From positions 26,616-90,615 of the forward strand of contig JASFYJ010000001.1 in NCBI GenBank assembly GCA_030055525.1: 64,000 bases of DNA. Direction: 5' to 3'. The notes under the pieces were generated by a model, which did no database searches, was not told the DNA's origin, and saw only the letters and a list, made by a program, of their open reading frames with translations. Source of the stretch: Archaeoglobales archaeon. Lineage in GTDB: Archaea > Halobacteriota > Archaeoglobi > Archaeoglobales > Archaeoglobaceae. Made by a program: the position numbers and the translations under genes. Positions 17,548 through 26,865 of the stretch are shown piece after piece. The number at the start of each line of letters is the position of its first letter. Position 1 is the first letter of the stretch.

Positions 17548-17952
17548 TTAACAGCAACTTCCTAAGGCCGCGATCACCGCTTCAACTATCAAATTCGCTG
17601 GTATTGCTTCATAAACTTCATTATCTATTTCGAGGTTCCTACATTCGTATGACTCGCAAACATTGCAGCAGCCACTTTTTCCAACCTTCGCGCCTAAGTA
17701 CTCCTCTATTGGCCTATCGTTGATGAATATCTGGTTCGATTTTAAAGGGTCTTTTTTGAATTCTTCGTAAGGTATTTCCACTTTTTCGACTTCAAACCTT
17801 ATACTTAAGGGCAGAAGCAATTTTAGTATTTCTAAAGCTTTATTTAATTCTTTTTCAGTTGAAGAGCATCTCTGGCAAGTCTCACCGTTTGTAACTAGCC
17901 TTTGCCATCTTATTCTTACAACTCTTTCTCTTCTTGGGCAGCACCCAGCCAT
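17548..17952 (-). CDS. Cys-rich small protein (recalled as DUF2703-like), possible metal(loid)-binding
   Basis: It has vicinal cysteines at both termini (MAGCC..., ...GSCC) plus CQRC and GCCNVCESYEC. The family name is from memory only. Confidence 0.5.
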   Translation of the reverse strand: MAGCCPRRERVVRIRWQRLVTNGETCQRCSSTEKELNKALEILKLLLPLSIRFEVEKVEIPYEEFKKDPLKSNQIFINDRPIEEYLGAKVGKSGCCNVCESYECRNLEIDNEVYEAIPANLIVEAVIAALGSCC

Positions 17953-17984
17953 GTGCAGTTATTTTTGAGAAAAGCATAAAAATC

Positions 17985-18836
17985 TTACTTCTTTGCAAAT
18001 TTTTTTCTTAGTCTGCAAAATGAGCACAACTCTGCACTGCTAACCTCTCCACATTCCAGGCAGTATTTCACATCTCCAAGACCTTTTGTTTTTGAAATCA
18101 AACCCCTCACGAAGTACTTTGTAAAACCCGGTTTTTTTCTTTCTATATCATAAACTATCTCCTTCCAGGTTTGTTCGGGAGCGTAAGGGCATTCAGAGTT
18201 TTTAAAGGGTAGACAGTTTGTTATTGAATAGATCATGTTCTCTTTTTCGCTCATTAAAATTAGTGGTTTAGCTTTTGCTACTACTTTTTCGTCGAATGGG
18301 TCCGTTCTTGGCAGAAGTTTATCGCTCCATTCAGAAGCTCCACTTGCAGTATTCTTCAAGAAAAAGGAAGCTATATCTTCAGCCGTATGTCCGGTGGCAA
18401 CTACTTGGAACTTATGTCTTGCAAAACTGTTCATTATGTACCTCTTAGCAGTACCACATGCCGAACAAGGCCTTTTTTTAACATCTGCTATTGTGAAACC
18501 GTAATTTTTCAGCTCTACGACGCTTAACGGAACATCTATCAGCTCACTCAGCTTTTCAACTTCTTTTTTACAATCTTTCGAATATTCCGGAATTCCAAGA
18601 TCTATGTATAGCATTTCAAAATCGTAACCCAATTTTTTTAAAACTAAAGCCATCGAAGCACTATCCTTACCTCCAGAAACTGCAGCAAGGATCTTTTCAT
18701 CCTTTTTCAGTATTCCAAAACGTTTTATTGTTTTTGAGACACTTGAAACGTAGTAGTTGCTGAAACAATCATTACAGAGAGGTCTTTTGACGTATCTAAG
18801 ATATACTATAGCTTCTTTACCGCATCTGCATTTCAT
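17985..18836 (-). CDS. PP-loop ATPase, TtuA/NcsA-like tRNA 2-thiolation protein
   Basis: SGGKDS PP-loop, N- and C-terminal CxxC zinc ribbons, central PCSACG and GHTAED. Confidence 0.7.
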   Translation of the reverse strand: MKCRCGKEAIVYLRYVKRPLCNDCFSNYYVSSVSKTIKRFGILKKDEKILAAVSGGKDSASMALVLKKLGYDFEMLYIDLGIPEYSKDCKKEVEKLSELIDVPLSVVELKNYGFTIADVKKRPCSACGTAKRYIMNSFARHKFQVVATGHTAEDIASFFLKNTASGASEWSDKLLPRTDPFDEKVVAKAKPLILMSEKENMIYSITNCLPFKNSECPYAPEQTWKEIVYDIERKKPGFTKYFVRGLISKTKGLGDVKYCLECGEVSSAELCSFCRLRKKFAKK

Positions 18837-20281
18837 AAGTTGAGGTTCGGTATCGCGATTGCTAAAATTATCGATGCGAATATGAAAGCTGAAAGGGCAG
18901 ACACTATCCTGCTTGCAGACTTCTCTTTTATAAAAATCCTTAAAATTTCATCCAAAACTCTCCCACCGTCGAGAGGTACTGCTGGTAGGCAGTTGAACAG
19001 GCCTACGTAGAAGTTGATCCATGCAATCCAGTAGAATAGATTTAGCAGATAGAAAACATAATCTGGAGCTTCAAACAACTTCAAGTATTCTTCAGCGAAT
19101 CCTTGAAAACTGAAAGGCATTGCTACAAGTAAAAACCAGTTTACAGGGTTCTTAGCTAATTCTGGAATTGAATTCAAATTTTTGAGAATTTCGTTGCTGT
19201 CGTATATATTTATTCCGCCAAGTGAATATCCTGTATAAAACACTGCTCCTATAAAAGCTCTGCCTTTAAGTTCGGCCAATTGAACTGTGAAGTTCAGGAT
19301 TTCTCCGTCTCTTAAAACAGTTACTTCAACCATATCACCAGGATTTTTTTGAGAAATGGCAGCTCTGAAATCGTTAAAATTTTCAGTTCTTTGCCCATCG
19401 AAGTAAATTATTAGATCCCCCCTTTTCAATCCTGCCTCTTCTGCAGGATAGATTTTATCGCCATCTCTTATAAGATTTAGTATCTTAACGCCCCAGATGT
19501 TACGGACTTCAAAAGTTCTGCCATCTCCATCGAAATTAACCGTCAAAACCAGTTTTTCAGCATCAAAACTCTTCAGGTCCTCTATGGAGCTAACTTTGAA
19601 ACCGTTGATTTCTGTTATCTTCCCAACTATCTTTCCGTTATCATCGACCATACTTAAAGTGGGATTTACGAGTGGAAGAATTGAGAAGAATGCTGCAAAA
19701 GCTAGAAAAGCTACGAGAAAATTTGCAACTATTCCTGAACTGAAAACTCTGATCTTTGTTTTCCTTGGAGCTGCTTTAAGTTCATCCTCATCCGGCTCAG
19801 CAAATCCGCCGATGGGTACCAAAGCTAGCAAAAGTCCAATTGACTTAACTTTTACGTTCTCCACCCTGCAAAGGATTGCATGACTAAATTCATGAACTAT
19901 CAGGGTTACGATTAGGCCAATAAGTCCCCATACGAGCGGTATGAACGGGTTTATGCCTGGAAGCAATAAAGCAGCTCTCAAGCTTGTAAATTCCGATGGT
20001 TGTGGCGGAGAAGTTAACATCACGTAGTCTACGAGTACTATCATAAAGAACATGAAAACCATACCGAAAAATATCGAAACCAGACCGATATCAGCGAAAA
20101 TTCTCCAGAATTTACGGAATTTTGCGAGTTTATCTATAAATTTATTTAGCCTGAAAGTTCTGACCATAAGGATTGGGCCATATGCTGTAATCTTTGCTTT
20201 TTCGAGATGGCCCTTCTTTTTTAGATATTCTACACTAGCCCAATATATTGCGAATATCGCCAAGATTAATAATTCGACCAT
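18833..20281 (-). CDS. site-2 protease family (M50) membrane metalloprotease with PDZ domain
   Basis: HEFSHAILC (HExxH) lies in a TM helix. There is a central PDZ-like region (GLKRGDLII) and a C-terminal LPAVPLDGG motif. Confidence 0.8.
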   Translation of the reverse strand: MVELLILAIFAIYWASVEYLKKKGHLEKAKITAYGPILMVRTFRLNKFIDKLAKFRKFWRIFADIGLVSIFFGMVFMFFMIVLVDYVMLTSPPQPSEFTSLRAALLLPGINPFIPLVWGLIGLIVTLIVHEFSHAILCRVENVKVKSIGLLLALVPIGGFAEPDEDELKAAPRKTKIRVFSSGIVANFLVAFLAFAAFFSILPLVNPTLSMVDDNGKIVGKITEINGFKVSSIEDLKSFDAEKLVLTVNFDGDGRTFEVRNIWGVKILNLIRDGDKIYPAEEAGLKRGDLIIYFDGQRTENFNDFRAAISQKNPGDMVEVTVLRDGEILNFTVQLAELKGRAFIGAVFYTGYSLGGINIYDSNEILKNLNSIPELAKNPVNWFLLVAMPFSFQGFAEEYLKLFEAPDYVFYLLNLFYWIAWINFYVGLFNCLPAVPLDGGRVLDEILRIFIKEKSASRIVSALSAFIFASIILAIAIPNLNL

Positions 20282-20364
20282 TGGGTTGAAGATAGGATCG
20301 ATGGATATAACTTTATTGCTTCACTTAACTTCACGATCGATGATTTCTAAAACAAAAAAGTTGA

Positions 20365-20538
20365 TCAACGATCAAGAATTGCTACTATTTCAGCTTTCAA
20401 ATCCCCCTTACCACCTGTGGGTATTGCCAGTGTCCTTCCGCAGATCGTACATTTTACGATGGTAGATGGGTGACTGAATATTATCTGTTCGTTTTCACAA
20501 TCTGGACACTTTACCTTTAAAAATTTGCTCTGTTTCAT
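20365..20538 (-). CDS. rps27e: 30S ribosomal protein S27e (57 aa, below the ORF-track cutoff)
   Basis: Hand translation gives MKQSKFLKVKCPDCENEQIIFSHPSTIVKCTICGRTLAIPTGGKGDLKAEIVAILDR*, with a C4 zinc ribbon. It lies directly downstream of rpl44e, as in many archaea. Confidence 0.9.
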   Translation of the reverse strand: MKQSKFLKVKCPDCENEQIIFSHPSTIVKCTICGRTLAIPTGGKGDLKAEIVAILDR

Positions 20539-20540
20539 AC

Positions 20541-20819
20541 TTATCCCACCAGTTCAAACCTCTTAACTCTCCAAGTTTTCCTTGTATAAGCTTTCTTGCA
20601 CTCTGTGCATCTGTATCTTATATTTACCCTCTTTGTCGGTTTATCTCCTCCGGGCACCTTACTGAATTTACCTAGGTTGCCCACTTTGCCTCTCCTCCTT
20701 TTCTGTCTGTTAATCCAATTCAAAGCGCCAGGCTTACCCTTTCCTACTTTTTCAACTTCGTGAACTGTATGCTTTCCACAGTATTTGCAGAACGTCTTTA
20801 CACGCTTAGGATACTTCAT
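20541..20819 (-). CDS. rpl44e: 50S ribosomal protein L44e
   Basis: MKYPKRVKTFCKYCGKHTVHEV...RYRCTECKKAY zinc-ribbon pattern. Length is 92 aa. Confidence 0.9.
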   Translation of the reverse strand: MKYPKRVKTFCKYCGKHTVHEVEKVGKGKPGALNWINRQKRRRGKVGNLGKFSKVPGGDKPTKRVNIRYRCTECKKAYTRKTWRVKRFELVG

Positions 20820-21348
20820 CTGTTTTCACCTCTATCTTTTCCGCAAATCCACCCTTTATTAGTGCATCAGCATTTAGTGCAGGCAGCGTAACGATGTCTT
20901 CCTTTCGCAACTTATATGTTTTTCCATCGACTCCCTGTATTTCAACATCCCTTTTAATTCTGACAAGCAAGTATTCAGATTTTTCAACTTTTCTGCCTTC
21001 TAAGATCTCTTTTTTATAGTCCCTTATGACTTCAACAATCTTTTGGAAGATATCTCTCTCTTTTTTGGTCATATTCTCCATATCTTCCCCCAAAGGCTGC
21101 CCACAAACCTCAGCCCATGCTGCATTTATTATTCTTCCTGTCCTTATCTCAAAAACTTTCCTTAGGAATTTTTTGTAAGACCTAATTATATCTTCCAACC
21201 TCGCAGCTTCACTTTCTTCAGCGTTCTTCTTCTGCTCTTCCAGCTCCTGAATTTTTAACCTAGCTTTTTCATAAAAATCCTCATCGAGTTTTGATAAAGT
21301 AAATTTATTTTTTTCGATGAGCATCAACAACTCATCTATTTCCATCAT
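20806..21348 (-). CDS. GINS complex subunit (Gins51/Gins15-like)
   Basis: A helical A-domain (...FEIRTGRIINAAW) is followed by a small beta B-domain (GKTYKLRKEDIVTLPALNADALIKGGFAEKIE). Its position upstream of L44e-S27e is typical. Confidence 0.55.
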   Translation of the reverse strand: MMEIDELLMLIEKNKFTLSKLDEDFYEKARLKIQELEEQKKNAEESEAARLEDIIRSYKKFLRKVFEIRTGRIINAAWAEVCGQPLGEDMENMTKKERDIFQKIVEVIRDYKKEILEGRKVEKSEYLLVRIKRDVEIQGVDGKTYKLRKEDIVTLPALNADALIKGGFAEKIEVKTDEVS

Positions 21349-21383
21349 AAATGATGCTCCCTAGCAAGGTATTAATCTTTTCA

Positions 21384-21896
21384 TCAGAACTCTTTAAGTT
21401 CTCTTTTTAACTCCTCGTAAAATTTTTTGAGGAACTCGTGTCTTTCTGCTGCAATTGCCTTTGCTGTATCAGTGTATAGAAGATCCTTAAGTTTTAACAG
21501 CTTCTCCTCGAAGTGCATTAAAGTTTCCTCAATACTTCTACCTTTCTCACCACTGTATAAAAAAGCTCTCGCAACTCCGATAGCACCTATAGCATCCAGC
21601 TTATCAGCATCGCTTAAAATCTTCGCCTCCAAAGTTCTTGGCTTTACATTTGAAGAAAAGGAGTGAGATTCAATGGCATGCACAACTGCGTCGATAAAGT
21701 CTTTACTGTAACCTTCAAAAGCTAAAATTTCAGCTGCAATTTTTGCAGAAGCTTTTGAATGATCTTCTTCATTTCTTGCTATGTCGTGAAGCTCAGCTGC
21801 CTTTGTAACAACTTCTATGTTAGCTTTCTCTTTCAACGCGATATATCGTGCTATTTTTAAAACCCTATCAACGTGGGATCTATCGTGGGAGCTCAC
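21384..21896 (-). CDS. HD-domain phosphohydrolase
   Basis: H...HDIAR...D motif set. Length is 170 aa. Confidence 0.7.
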   Translation of the reverse strand: MSSHDRSHVDRVLKIARYIALKEKANIEVVTKAAELHDIARNEEDHSKASAKIAAEILAFEGYSKDFIDAVVHAIESHSFSSNVKPRTLEAKILSDADKLDAIGAIGVARAFLYSGEKGRSIEETLMHFEEKLLKLKDLLYTDTAKAIAAERHEFLKKFYEELKRELKEF

Positions 21897-21927
21897 AATA
21901 AAAATGTTTAATGCCCTTATTCAAGAA

Positions 21928-22128
21928 TTACTTTTTCCTCTTCTTTATAACTTCTTCAAGTTTCTTCTCTAACGGTTCTTCATGAGTGTATGGACAAGAG
22001 AGATAATGTTCAACAGCCACAGCTATAGCATCTTTTGTCGCACTTTGACCTGTTTTTCTTTTCAACTGTTCGAGAACATCTTCTGGCAGTACAGTTTGAG
22101 CATGAACGATCTTCACCATTCCATTCAC
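21928..22128 (-). CDS. small hypothetical protein, possibly ribbon-helix-helix
   Basis: The beta-alpha-alpha pattern (VLPEDVLEQLKRKTGQSATKDAIAVAVEHYL) is weak evidence. Confidence 0.35.
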   Translation of the reverse strand: MNGMVKIVHAQTVLPEDVLEQLKRKTGQSATKDAIAVAVEHYLSCPYTHEEPLEKKLEEVIKKRKK

Positions 22129-22163
22129 CTCTAATGATAATGATCACAACACTTATTTAAAAC

Positions 22164-22817
22164 TTGCGTTGGATAAATGCTAAGATTTGCCAATTGTACT
22201 TGCAGCAGGTTAGAAAACAGTCTTTAAGCGGATTTTGGCTATTTTTAACTGACCCGAAAAGAATATATTGTCCTACAAATAATTGTCATGTGCTTAAAAC
22301 CAATTTAAAGAGAATCCTTGATCACGAATGTTGCAGGAATGTAGATGCGGCAGTGTTAATACCGATAACGGACTCTAAAAATCCGAAAATAGTTATGATA
22401 AAGAGAGCTGAGAATCTGAAAAGAAGTTCTGGACAAGTGGCTTTTCCAGGTGGAATGATAGAAGAGGGTGAAGACCCGGTTAAAGCGGCTTTAAGAGAGG
22501 CCAATGAAGAGCTGGGTATAGAGGGTGCAGAAGTCTTGGGTTTTTTAAGTCCGACCGAAGTGAGGTTCTACAACATATTGATCTGCCCCGTAGTTGGTAT
22601 GATTGATAGTCTCGAGTTCAAACCATGTAGCGGGGAAGTTGAGAAGGTTCTTGTGGATGATCTAAAAGAAGTTTTAGCTAGCAGAAGTTTTGCTTGTTCT
22701 GGAGTCATCTTCAAATGTGCAGGGGAGATAGTCTGGGGAGCTTCAAGCAGGGTGCTTGATGATCTGTTTATTAGAATAGTAAAAAATTATAAAAGTATTG
22801 AAAAATTTTTTTATTGA
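22164..22817 (+). CDS. NUDIX hydrolase (CoA pyrophosphatase-like)
   Basis: Nudix box GGMIEEGEDPVKAALREANEELGI. The tracker start is a TTG, and the GTG at 22290 is a more plausible start. Confidence 0.7.
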   Translation: MRWINAKICQLYLQQVRKQSLSGFWLFLTDPKRIYCPTNNCHVLKTNLKRILDHECCRNVDAAVLIPITDSKNPKIVMIKRAENLKRSSGQVAFPGGMIEEGEDPVKAALREANEELGIEGAEVLGFLSPTEVRFYNILICPVVGMIDSLEFKPCSGEVEKVLVDDLKEVLASRSFACSGVIFKCAGEIVWGASSRVLDDLFIRIVKNYKSIEKFFY

Positions 22818-24103
22818 ACCTTTTCCCATTTGTAGAGCTCAACAACATCGGCAAGCGTTCTACCTTTTTCCTCGATTTCTGCTCTAATCCTATCCTCAGA
22901 TTTTTTAACTTCTAAAGCTCTTTTTGCTATTTCGTAGGCTCTTGATTTGGGGATAACCATCACTCCATTCTCATCAGCAACTATCCAGTCACCCGGATTC
23001 ACCTCAACACCGCCGCAGATTACCTTTACATTTATCTCACCAAACCCCTTTGGTTCTCCAGCATTGGGTACGGATTTTTTAGCGCAAAGAGGAAAATCTA
23101 GGGCTTTTATATCGTCTATATCCCTAACCGCTCCATCTATAACCACTCCCTCTATTTTTCTGTTTATACAGCTCCTCGTTGCCAGTTCTCCCCAAACTGC
23201 AGCAGTATCTCCTGAAACTTTTATAACCAGAACATCTCCTTTGCCTGCGACATTTATCGCTTCAACAGGTTTTGCCCAATCTCCATCTATAGTGCTTACA
23301 GTTACAGCCTTTCCAACGAATTTTTTTCCACTAAGAAGTTTGATTCCATCCATAGCTCGTGCCCTGTGCATAGCGTCACTTATGTTTGGTGTTGACACTT
23401 TCAGGAGAATTTCCCTTATCTCTTCATCGATGTTTTTTTTGCTTAAAGATATAGCTCTCTGTTTTGCACTGTCTATTGCATTCCTTATTTTTTTGGCTGA
23501 AAGCGTAACATCTTTGGATTTTACTATGTTGCTGCCAACTATAACTATCTCAGCACCCAAAGCCACACATGCAGCAGCCTTTTCAGCATCAAGCCCTCCA
23601 GCAACTGCTATTGGTACATTAACAGACTCGACAACATCTTTTAAAACATCCAACGGATCTTTGCCAAGCATCTGCTGATCTATACCAACATGAACACAGA
23701 TGTAATCTACTCCAATCTCTTCAAGCCTTTTTGCCCTCTCAACAGGATTTGGAACATTTATCAAATCGACCATGATCTCGCATCCATACTTTTTAGCAGC
23801 TCTTATTGCTTCGGCTATTGTACTGTCATCTGACAAGCCTAGAACGATCACGATATTTGCTCCACTTTTTGCTGCCATCTCAACTTCAATAGCTCCAGTA
23901 TCTATCGTCTTCATGTCAGCTAGGATCTTTTGGTCTCTGTAAGTTCTTTTAAGCTCTCTTACGGCGTTCATACCTTCACTTTTTATTAGCGGAGTTCCAG
24001 CTTCGATCCAATCTACTCCACCTTTTATAGCTTCTCCAGCAATTTCTATGGCCCTCTTAAGCTCTGTAAGATCGAGTGCTACTTGAAGAATTGGTCTATC
24101 CAT
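22811..24103 (-). CDS. 3-hexulose-6-phosphate synthase fused to an RraA-like domain
   Basis: The N-terminal half is an OMPDC-fold HPS (ILQVALDL..., DWIEAGTPLI, ADMKTID). The C-terminal half is RraA/DlpA-like (ISDAM..., VWGELAT..., GVVIDGAVRD). I prefer the start at MDRPIL (24103). Confidence 0.75.
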   Translation of the reverse strand: MDRPILQVALDLTELKRAIEIAGEAIKGGVDWIEAGTPLIKSEGMNAVRELKRTYRDQKILADMKTIDTGAIEVEMAAKSGANIVIVLGLSDDSTIAEAIRAAKKYGCEIMVDLINVPNPVERAKRLEEIGVDYICVHVGIDQQMLGKDPLDVLKDVVESVNVPIAVAGGLDAEKAAACVALGAEIVIVGSNIVKSKDVTLSAKKIRNAIDSAKQRAISLSKKNIDEEIREILLKVSTPNISDAMHRARAMDGIKLLSGKKFVGKAVTVSTIDGDWAKPVEAINVAGKGDVLVIKVSGDTAAVWGELATRSCINRKIEGVVIDGAVRDIDDIKALDFPLCAKKSVPNAGEPKGFGEINVKVICGGVEVNPGDWIVADENGVMVIPKSRAYEIAKRALEVKKSEDRIRAEIEEKGRTLADVVELYKWEKVQ

Positions 24104-24162
24104 ATTTACAGTTTTTGTGCTTAAATAAAAAAGTTGTTTTTCAGAAAAACAAATAAAGTTCA

Positions 24163-25479
24163 ATGCATATTAGTTCTGTGAGAAAGGTATTACTGTTTGT
24201 GCTTGTAGTACTCTTGATCCAAGCAGCTTCGGCAAAGGTAGTACTCGTCAACATAGAGGGAACGATAACAGAGGGAACGTACATAACTCTACAAAGAGCA
24301 GTTGAAGTAGCTGAAAAGCAGGGTGCTGTATTATTCGTCGAATTAAATACACCAGGTGGGTTACTTACTTCAACTCAAAAAATTGTTCAGATGTTTTTGA
24401 GTACAAAAGTTCCAGTAGTTGTTTACGTCCCCAAAGGGGCTCTTTGTGCATCTGCTGGAACGATAATTCTGCTTTCTTCTGACGTTGCAGCGGTTGCAAA
24501 CGGTACAGCTATTGGTGCTGCAACTCCAATAAGTGCAATTGGCGGAGAAGCTGAAGAAAAAACGGTAAAATACTTTGCAAGTTATTTAAAAAGCATAGCC
24601 GAAGAGAGAAACAGAAATCCAGAGCTTGCGGAGAAAATAGTAACCGAAGCTTTGAGTTTAACTGCTGAAGAAGCTTACAAAGCTGGTTTGATAGATTACA
24701 TAGTTGATTCTAGATCAGAACTTCTGAAAAAAATAGATGGAACTGAGATTAGGGGAAAAAGGATTGAGGTGAAAGACTACGATATAATCTACGTTGAGGA
24801 GAACATACAATCGAAGCTCATGAACTACATTTCTGACCCAATCTTTGCATCCATATTACTTCTTTTAGGTATATACTTGTTGATATTTGGTCTTACATCG
24901 CCAGGAGTTCTTCCAGAAACTTTGGGAGCGATATGCTTAGTTTTGGCTTTGTATGGGTTGGGTGTTATACAAAATATAGATTACCTCGGAATATTGTTGA
25001 TTTTGCTTGGAATCATACTACTTATCGCAGAACTTATGACCCCAACTTACGGCGTTTTAGGTTCGGCATCTGTGATTTGTATAGTGTTGGGGATGTTGCT
25101 GATGTTTAAGGAGCCCTTCATGCCGATAGATTTTTATGGGAATTTCCTAAAGTTTATTTTAGGAGTAGGATTGGGATTTGCAGCACTGATGACGTTTGCG
25201 GTGATTAAAGTGGTGCAGAGTAAGAGAAGGAAGAGTCCCGTTGGAGAGGTTGTAGGTGAGATGGGAGAGGTTATTGAATTTAGTGGAGGAAAAGGTTTTG
25301 CCAAGGTTAGGGGTGAAATTTGGAAGATCGAAAGTAAGGATGATTTGAAAAAGGGAGATGAAGTCTTGGTGTTAGAGCGTCATGGACTTACGCTTAAGGT
25401 GAAGAAACTTGAAGCTAGAGGAGGAGCTGAAAGCGGAGACGCTAAAGTGGCTAGAGAGGATAAAAAAGAGAACAGTTGA
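24163..25479 (+). CDS. NfeD-family membrane-bound ClpP-class serine protease (long form)
   Basis: Signal peptide, ELNTPGG and CASAGT protease motifs, about 5 TM segments, and a C-terminal NfeD OB domain (GFAKVRGEIWKIES). Confidence 0.8.
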   Translation: MHISSVRKVLLFVLVVLLIQAASAKVVLVNIEGTITEGTYITLQRAVEVAEKQGAVLFVELNTPGGLLTSTQKIVQMFLSTKVPVVVYVPKGALCASAGTIILLSSDVAAVANGTAIGAATPISAIGGEAEEKTVKYFASYLKSIAEERNRNPELAEKIVTEALSLTAEEAYKAGLIDYIVDSRSELLKKIDGTEIRGKRIEVKDYDIIYVEENIQSKLMNYISDPIFASILLLLGIYLLIFGLTSPGVLPETLGAICLVLALYGLGVIQNIDYLGILLILLGIILLIAELMTPTYGVLGSASVICIVLGMLLMFKEPFMPIDFYGNFLKFILGVGLGFAALMTFAVIKVVQSKRRKSPVGEVVGEMGEVIEFSGGKGFAKVRGEIWKIESKDDLKKGDEVLVLERHGLTLKVKKLEARGGAESGDAKVAREDKKENS

Positions 25480-25690
25480 TGGAGATAAAAGATTTGTAGA
25501 AAACATAAAAGCCTACGTAGCTGATTCAGAGTACTTTTTGTTAAAGGGAGATCTGATAAGGGCTTTTGAATGTTTAATCTGGGCTTGGGCTTGGTTGGAG
25601 ATTGGTCTGGAGATTGGAAAAGTCTATGAGACTCGGTCAACACATGTTGGTGGAGAAAAATTTGCTGAAGAGGATAGTGAGTTACGCTGA
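25409..25690 (+). CDS. DUF357-like small helical protein
   Basis: [31 protein letters not shown] pattern. It overlaps both the NfeD 3' end and the rsmA 5' end. Family assignment is from memory. Confidence 0.5.
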   Translation: MKLEEELKAETLKWLERIKKRTVDGDKRFVENIKAYVADSEYFLLKGDLIRAFECLIWAWAWLEIGLEIGKVYETRSTHVGGEKFAEEDSELR

Positions 25691-26360
25691 GCTTAGCGAA
25701 GCTGACGTTGTACTAGAAGTAGGTTGTGGAACAGGAAATCTAACGGAGTTTCTTCTGAAGTATGCGGGAAAAGTTATTGGGATAGAAAAAGATAGAAAAT
25801 TTGTAGAGGTTCTTAAAAAAAGGTTTTATGAAAAAATCAAGTCTGAAAAGTTCGTCCTGATTGAAGGAGATGCTTTAAGGGTTGATTTTCCGGAATTCAA
25901 CAAGTTCGTTTCTAACATACCCTACAACATATCCTCTCCGCTGACTTTCAAGCTTTTTAATTACGATTTCGATTTGGCTGTGGTTATGTATCAAAAAGAG
26001 TTCGCAGAAAGGCTTGTTAAAGAAGATAACAGATTGGGGATAATATCTAAAGCTTACTGCATGGCTGAGATCCTCGAAATTGTAAAACCAAAAGTTTTTC
26101 ACCCAAAACCAAAGGTTGAGTCAGCGATAGTTAGAATTTTTAAAAAAAGTTCTCTAGAGGTTGAAGATATAGAAATGTTTAGCAAATTCGTAACCTTTGC
26201 ATTCAGTATGAGAAGAAAGAAGATGAAAAATGTAGTAGCTGAATTTGAAAGAAGGTTTGGAATCAAACTGGAGATAGATGAAGATGATGCAGAAAAAAGA
26301 CCTGAAGAACTTGGGGCAAGAAAATTTGCAGAAATTTGTTTACGAGCCAGCAGAAGATAG
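25626..26360 (+). CDS. rsmA: 16S rRNA (adenine-N6,N6)-dimethyltransferase (KsgA/Dim1)
   Basis: [18 protein letters not shown] and [10 protein letters not shown] motifs. I prefer the ATG at 25626. Confidence 0.9.
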   Translation: MRLGQHMLVEKNLLKRIVSYAELSEADVVLEVGCGTGNLTEFLLKYAGKVIGIEKDRKFVEVLKKRFYEKIKSEKFVLIEGDALRVDFPEFNKFVSNIPYNISSPLTFKLFNYDFDLAVVMYQKEFAERLVKEDNRLGIISKAYCMAEILEIVKPKVFHPKPKVESAIVRIFKKSSLEVEDIEMFSKFVTFAFSMRRKKMKNVVAEFERRFGIKLEIDEDDAEKRPEELGARKFAEICLRASRR

Positions 26361-26865
26361 TGAGTTATTGGCAGAGGTTGCATTGCGTGAAGTTGAAGAG
26401 GGCGATGAAGTCATCGAAATAGGTGCTGGAAGTGGATTTGTTGCTGAGAAGCTGTTGAATAAGTGCAGATCGATAACTGTTACGGAGATATCACCAATAG
26501 CGGCAAAGGTTTTGAAGGCAAAAAATTTCGATGTGATTGTTACAGATATAGCTGCTGGAATAAAAAAGAAGTTCTCTTTAGTTCTTTTCAACCCACCTTA
26601 CGTTGAAATGGAGGAGGAAATAAAAAAGGGAGATTTGGTAGATTTGGCAATTGATGGGGGCAAGCATGGAGTAGAGGTGATAGCAAAGTTTCTCAGGCAA
26701 CTTCCGAATTTTTTAAAAGAAGACGGAAGGGCAATCCTTATAGCATCTTCCATTAACGAACCTTACGTTTTTGATCTCATAAAAGATATGAAGCTGAAGT
26801 TTGAAGTAGTCGGAATGAAAAAATTGTTTTTTGAGCGGCTTTACGCGATCAAGATAACTTTTTGA
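26278..26865 (+). CDS. HemK/Mtq2-type N5-glutamine (release factor) methyltransferase
   Basis: [18 protein letters not shown] and FNPPY motifs. The start is uncertain (ATG 26278/26284 or TTG 26326), and it overlaps the rsmA end. Confidence 0.7.
   Translation: MKMMQKKDLKNLGQENLQKFVYEPAEDSELLAEVALREVEEGDEVIEIGAGSGFVAEKLLNKCRSITVTEISPIAAKVLKAKNFDVIVTDIAAGIKKKFSLVLFNPPYVEMEEEIKKGDLVDLAIDGGKHGVEVIAKFLRQLPNFLKEDGRAILIASSINEPYVFDLIKDMKLKFEVVGMKKLFFERLYAIKITF

Noticed and set aside
24104-24163. A 20-codon N-terminal extension of the HPS-RraA ORF (MNFICFSEK...).
   Set aside because: The HPS fold starts at MDRPILQVALD. The extension would run across the divergent NfeD promoter and start codon.
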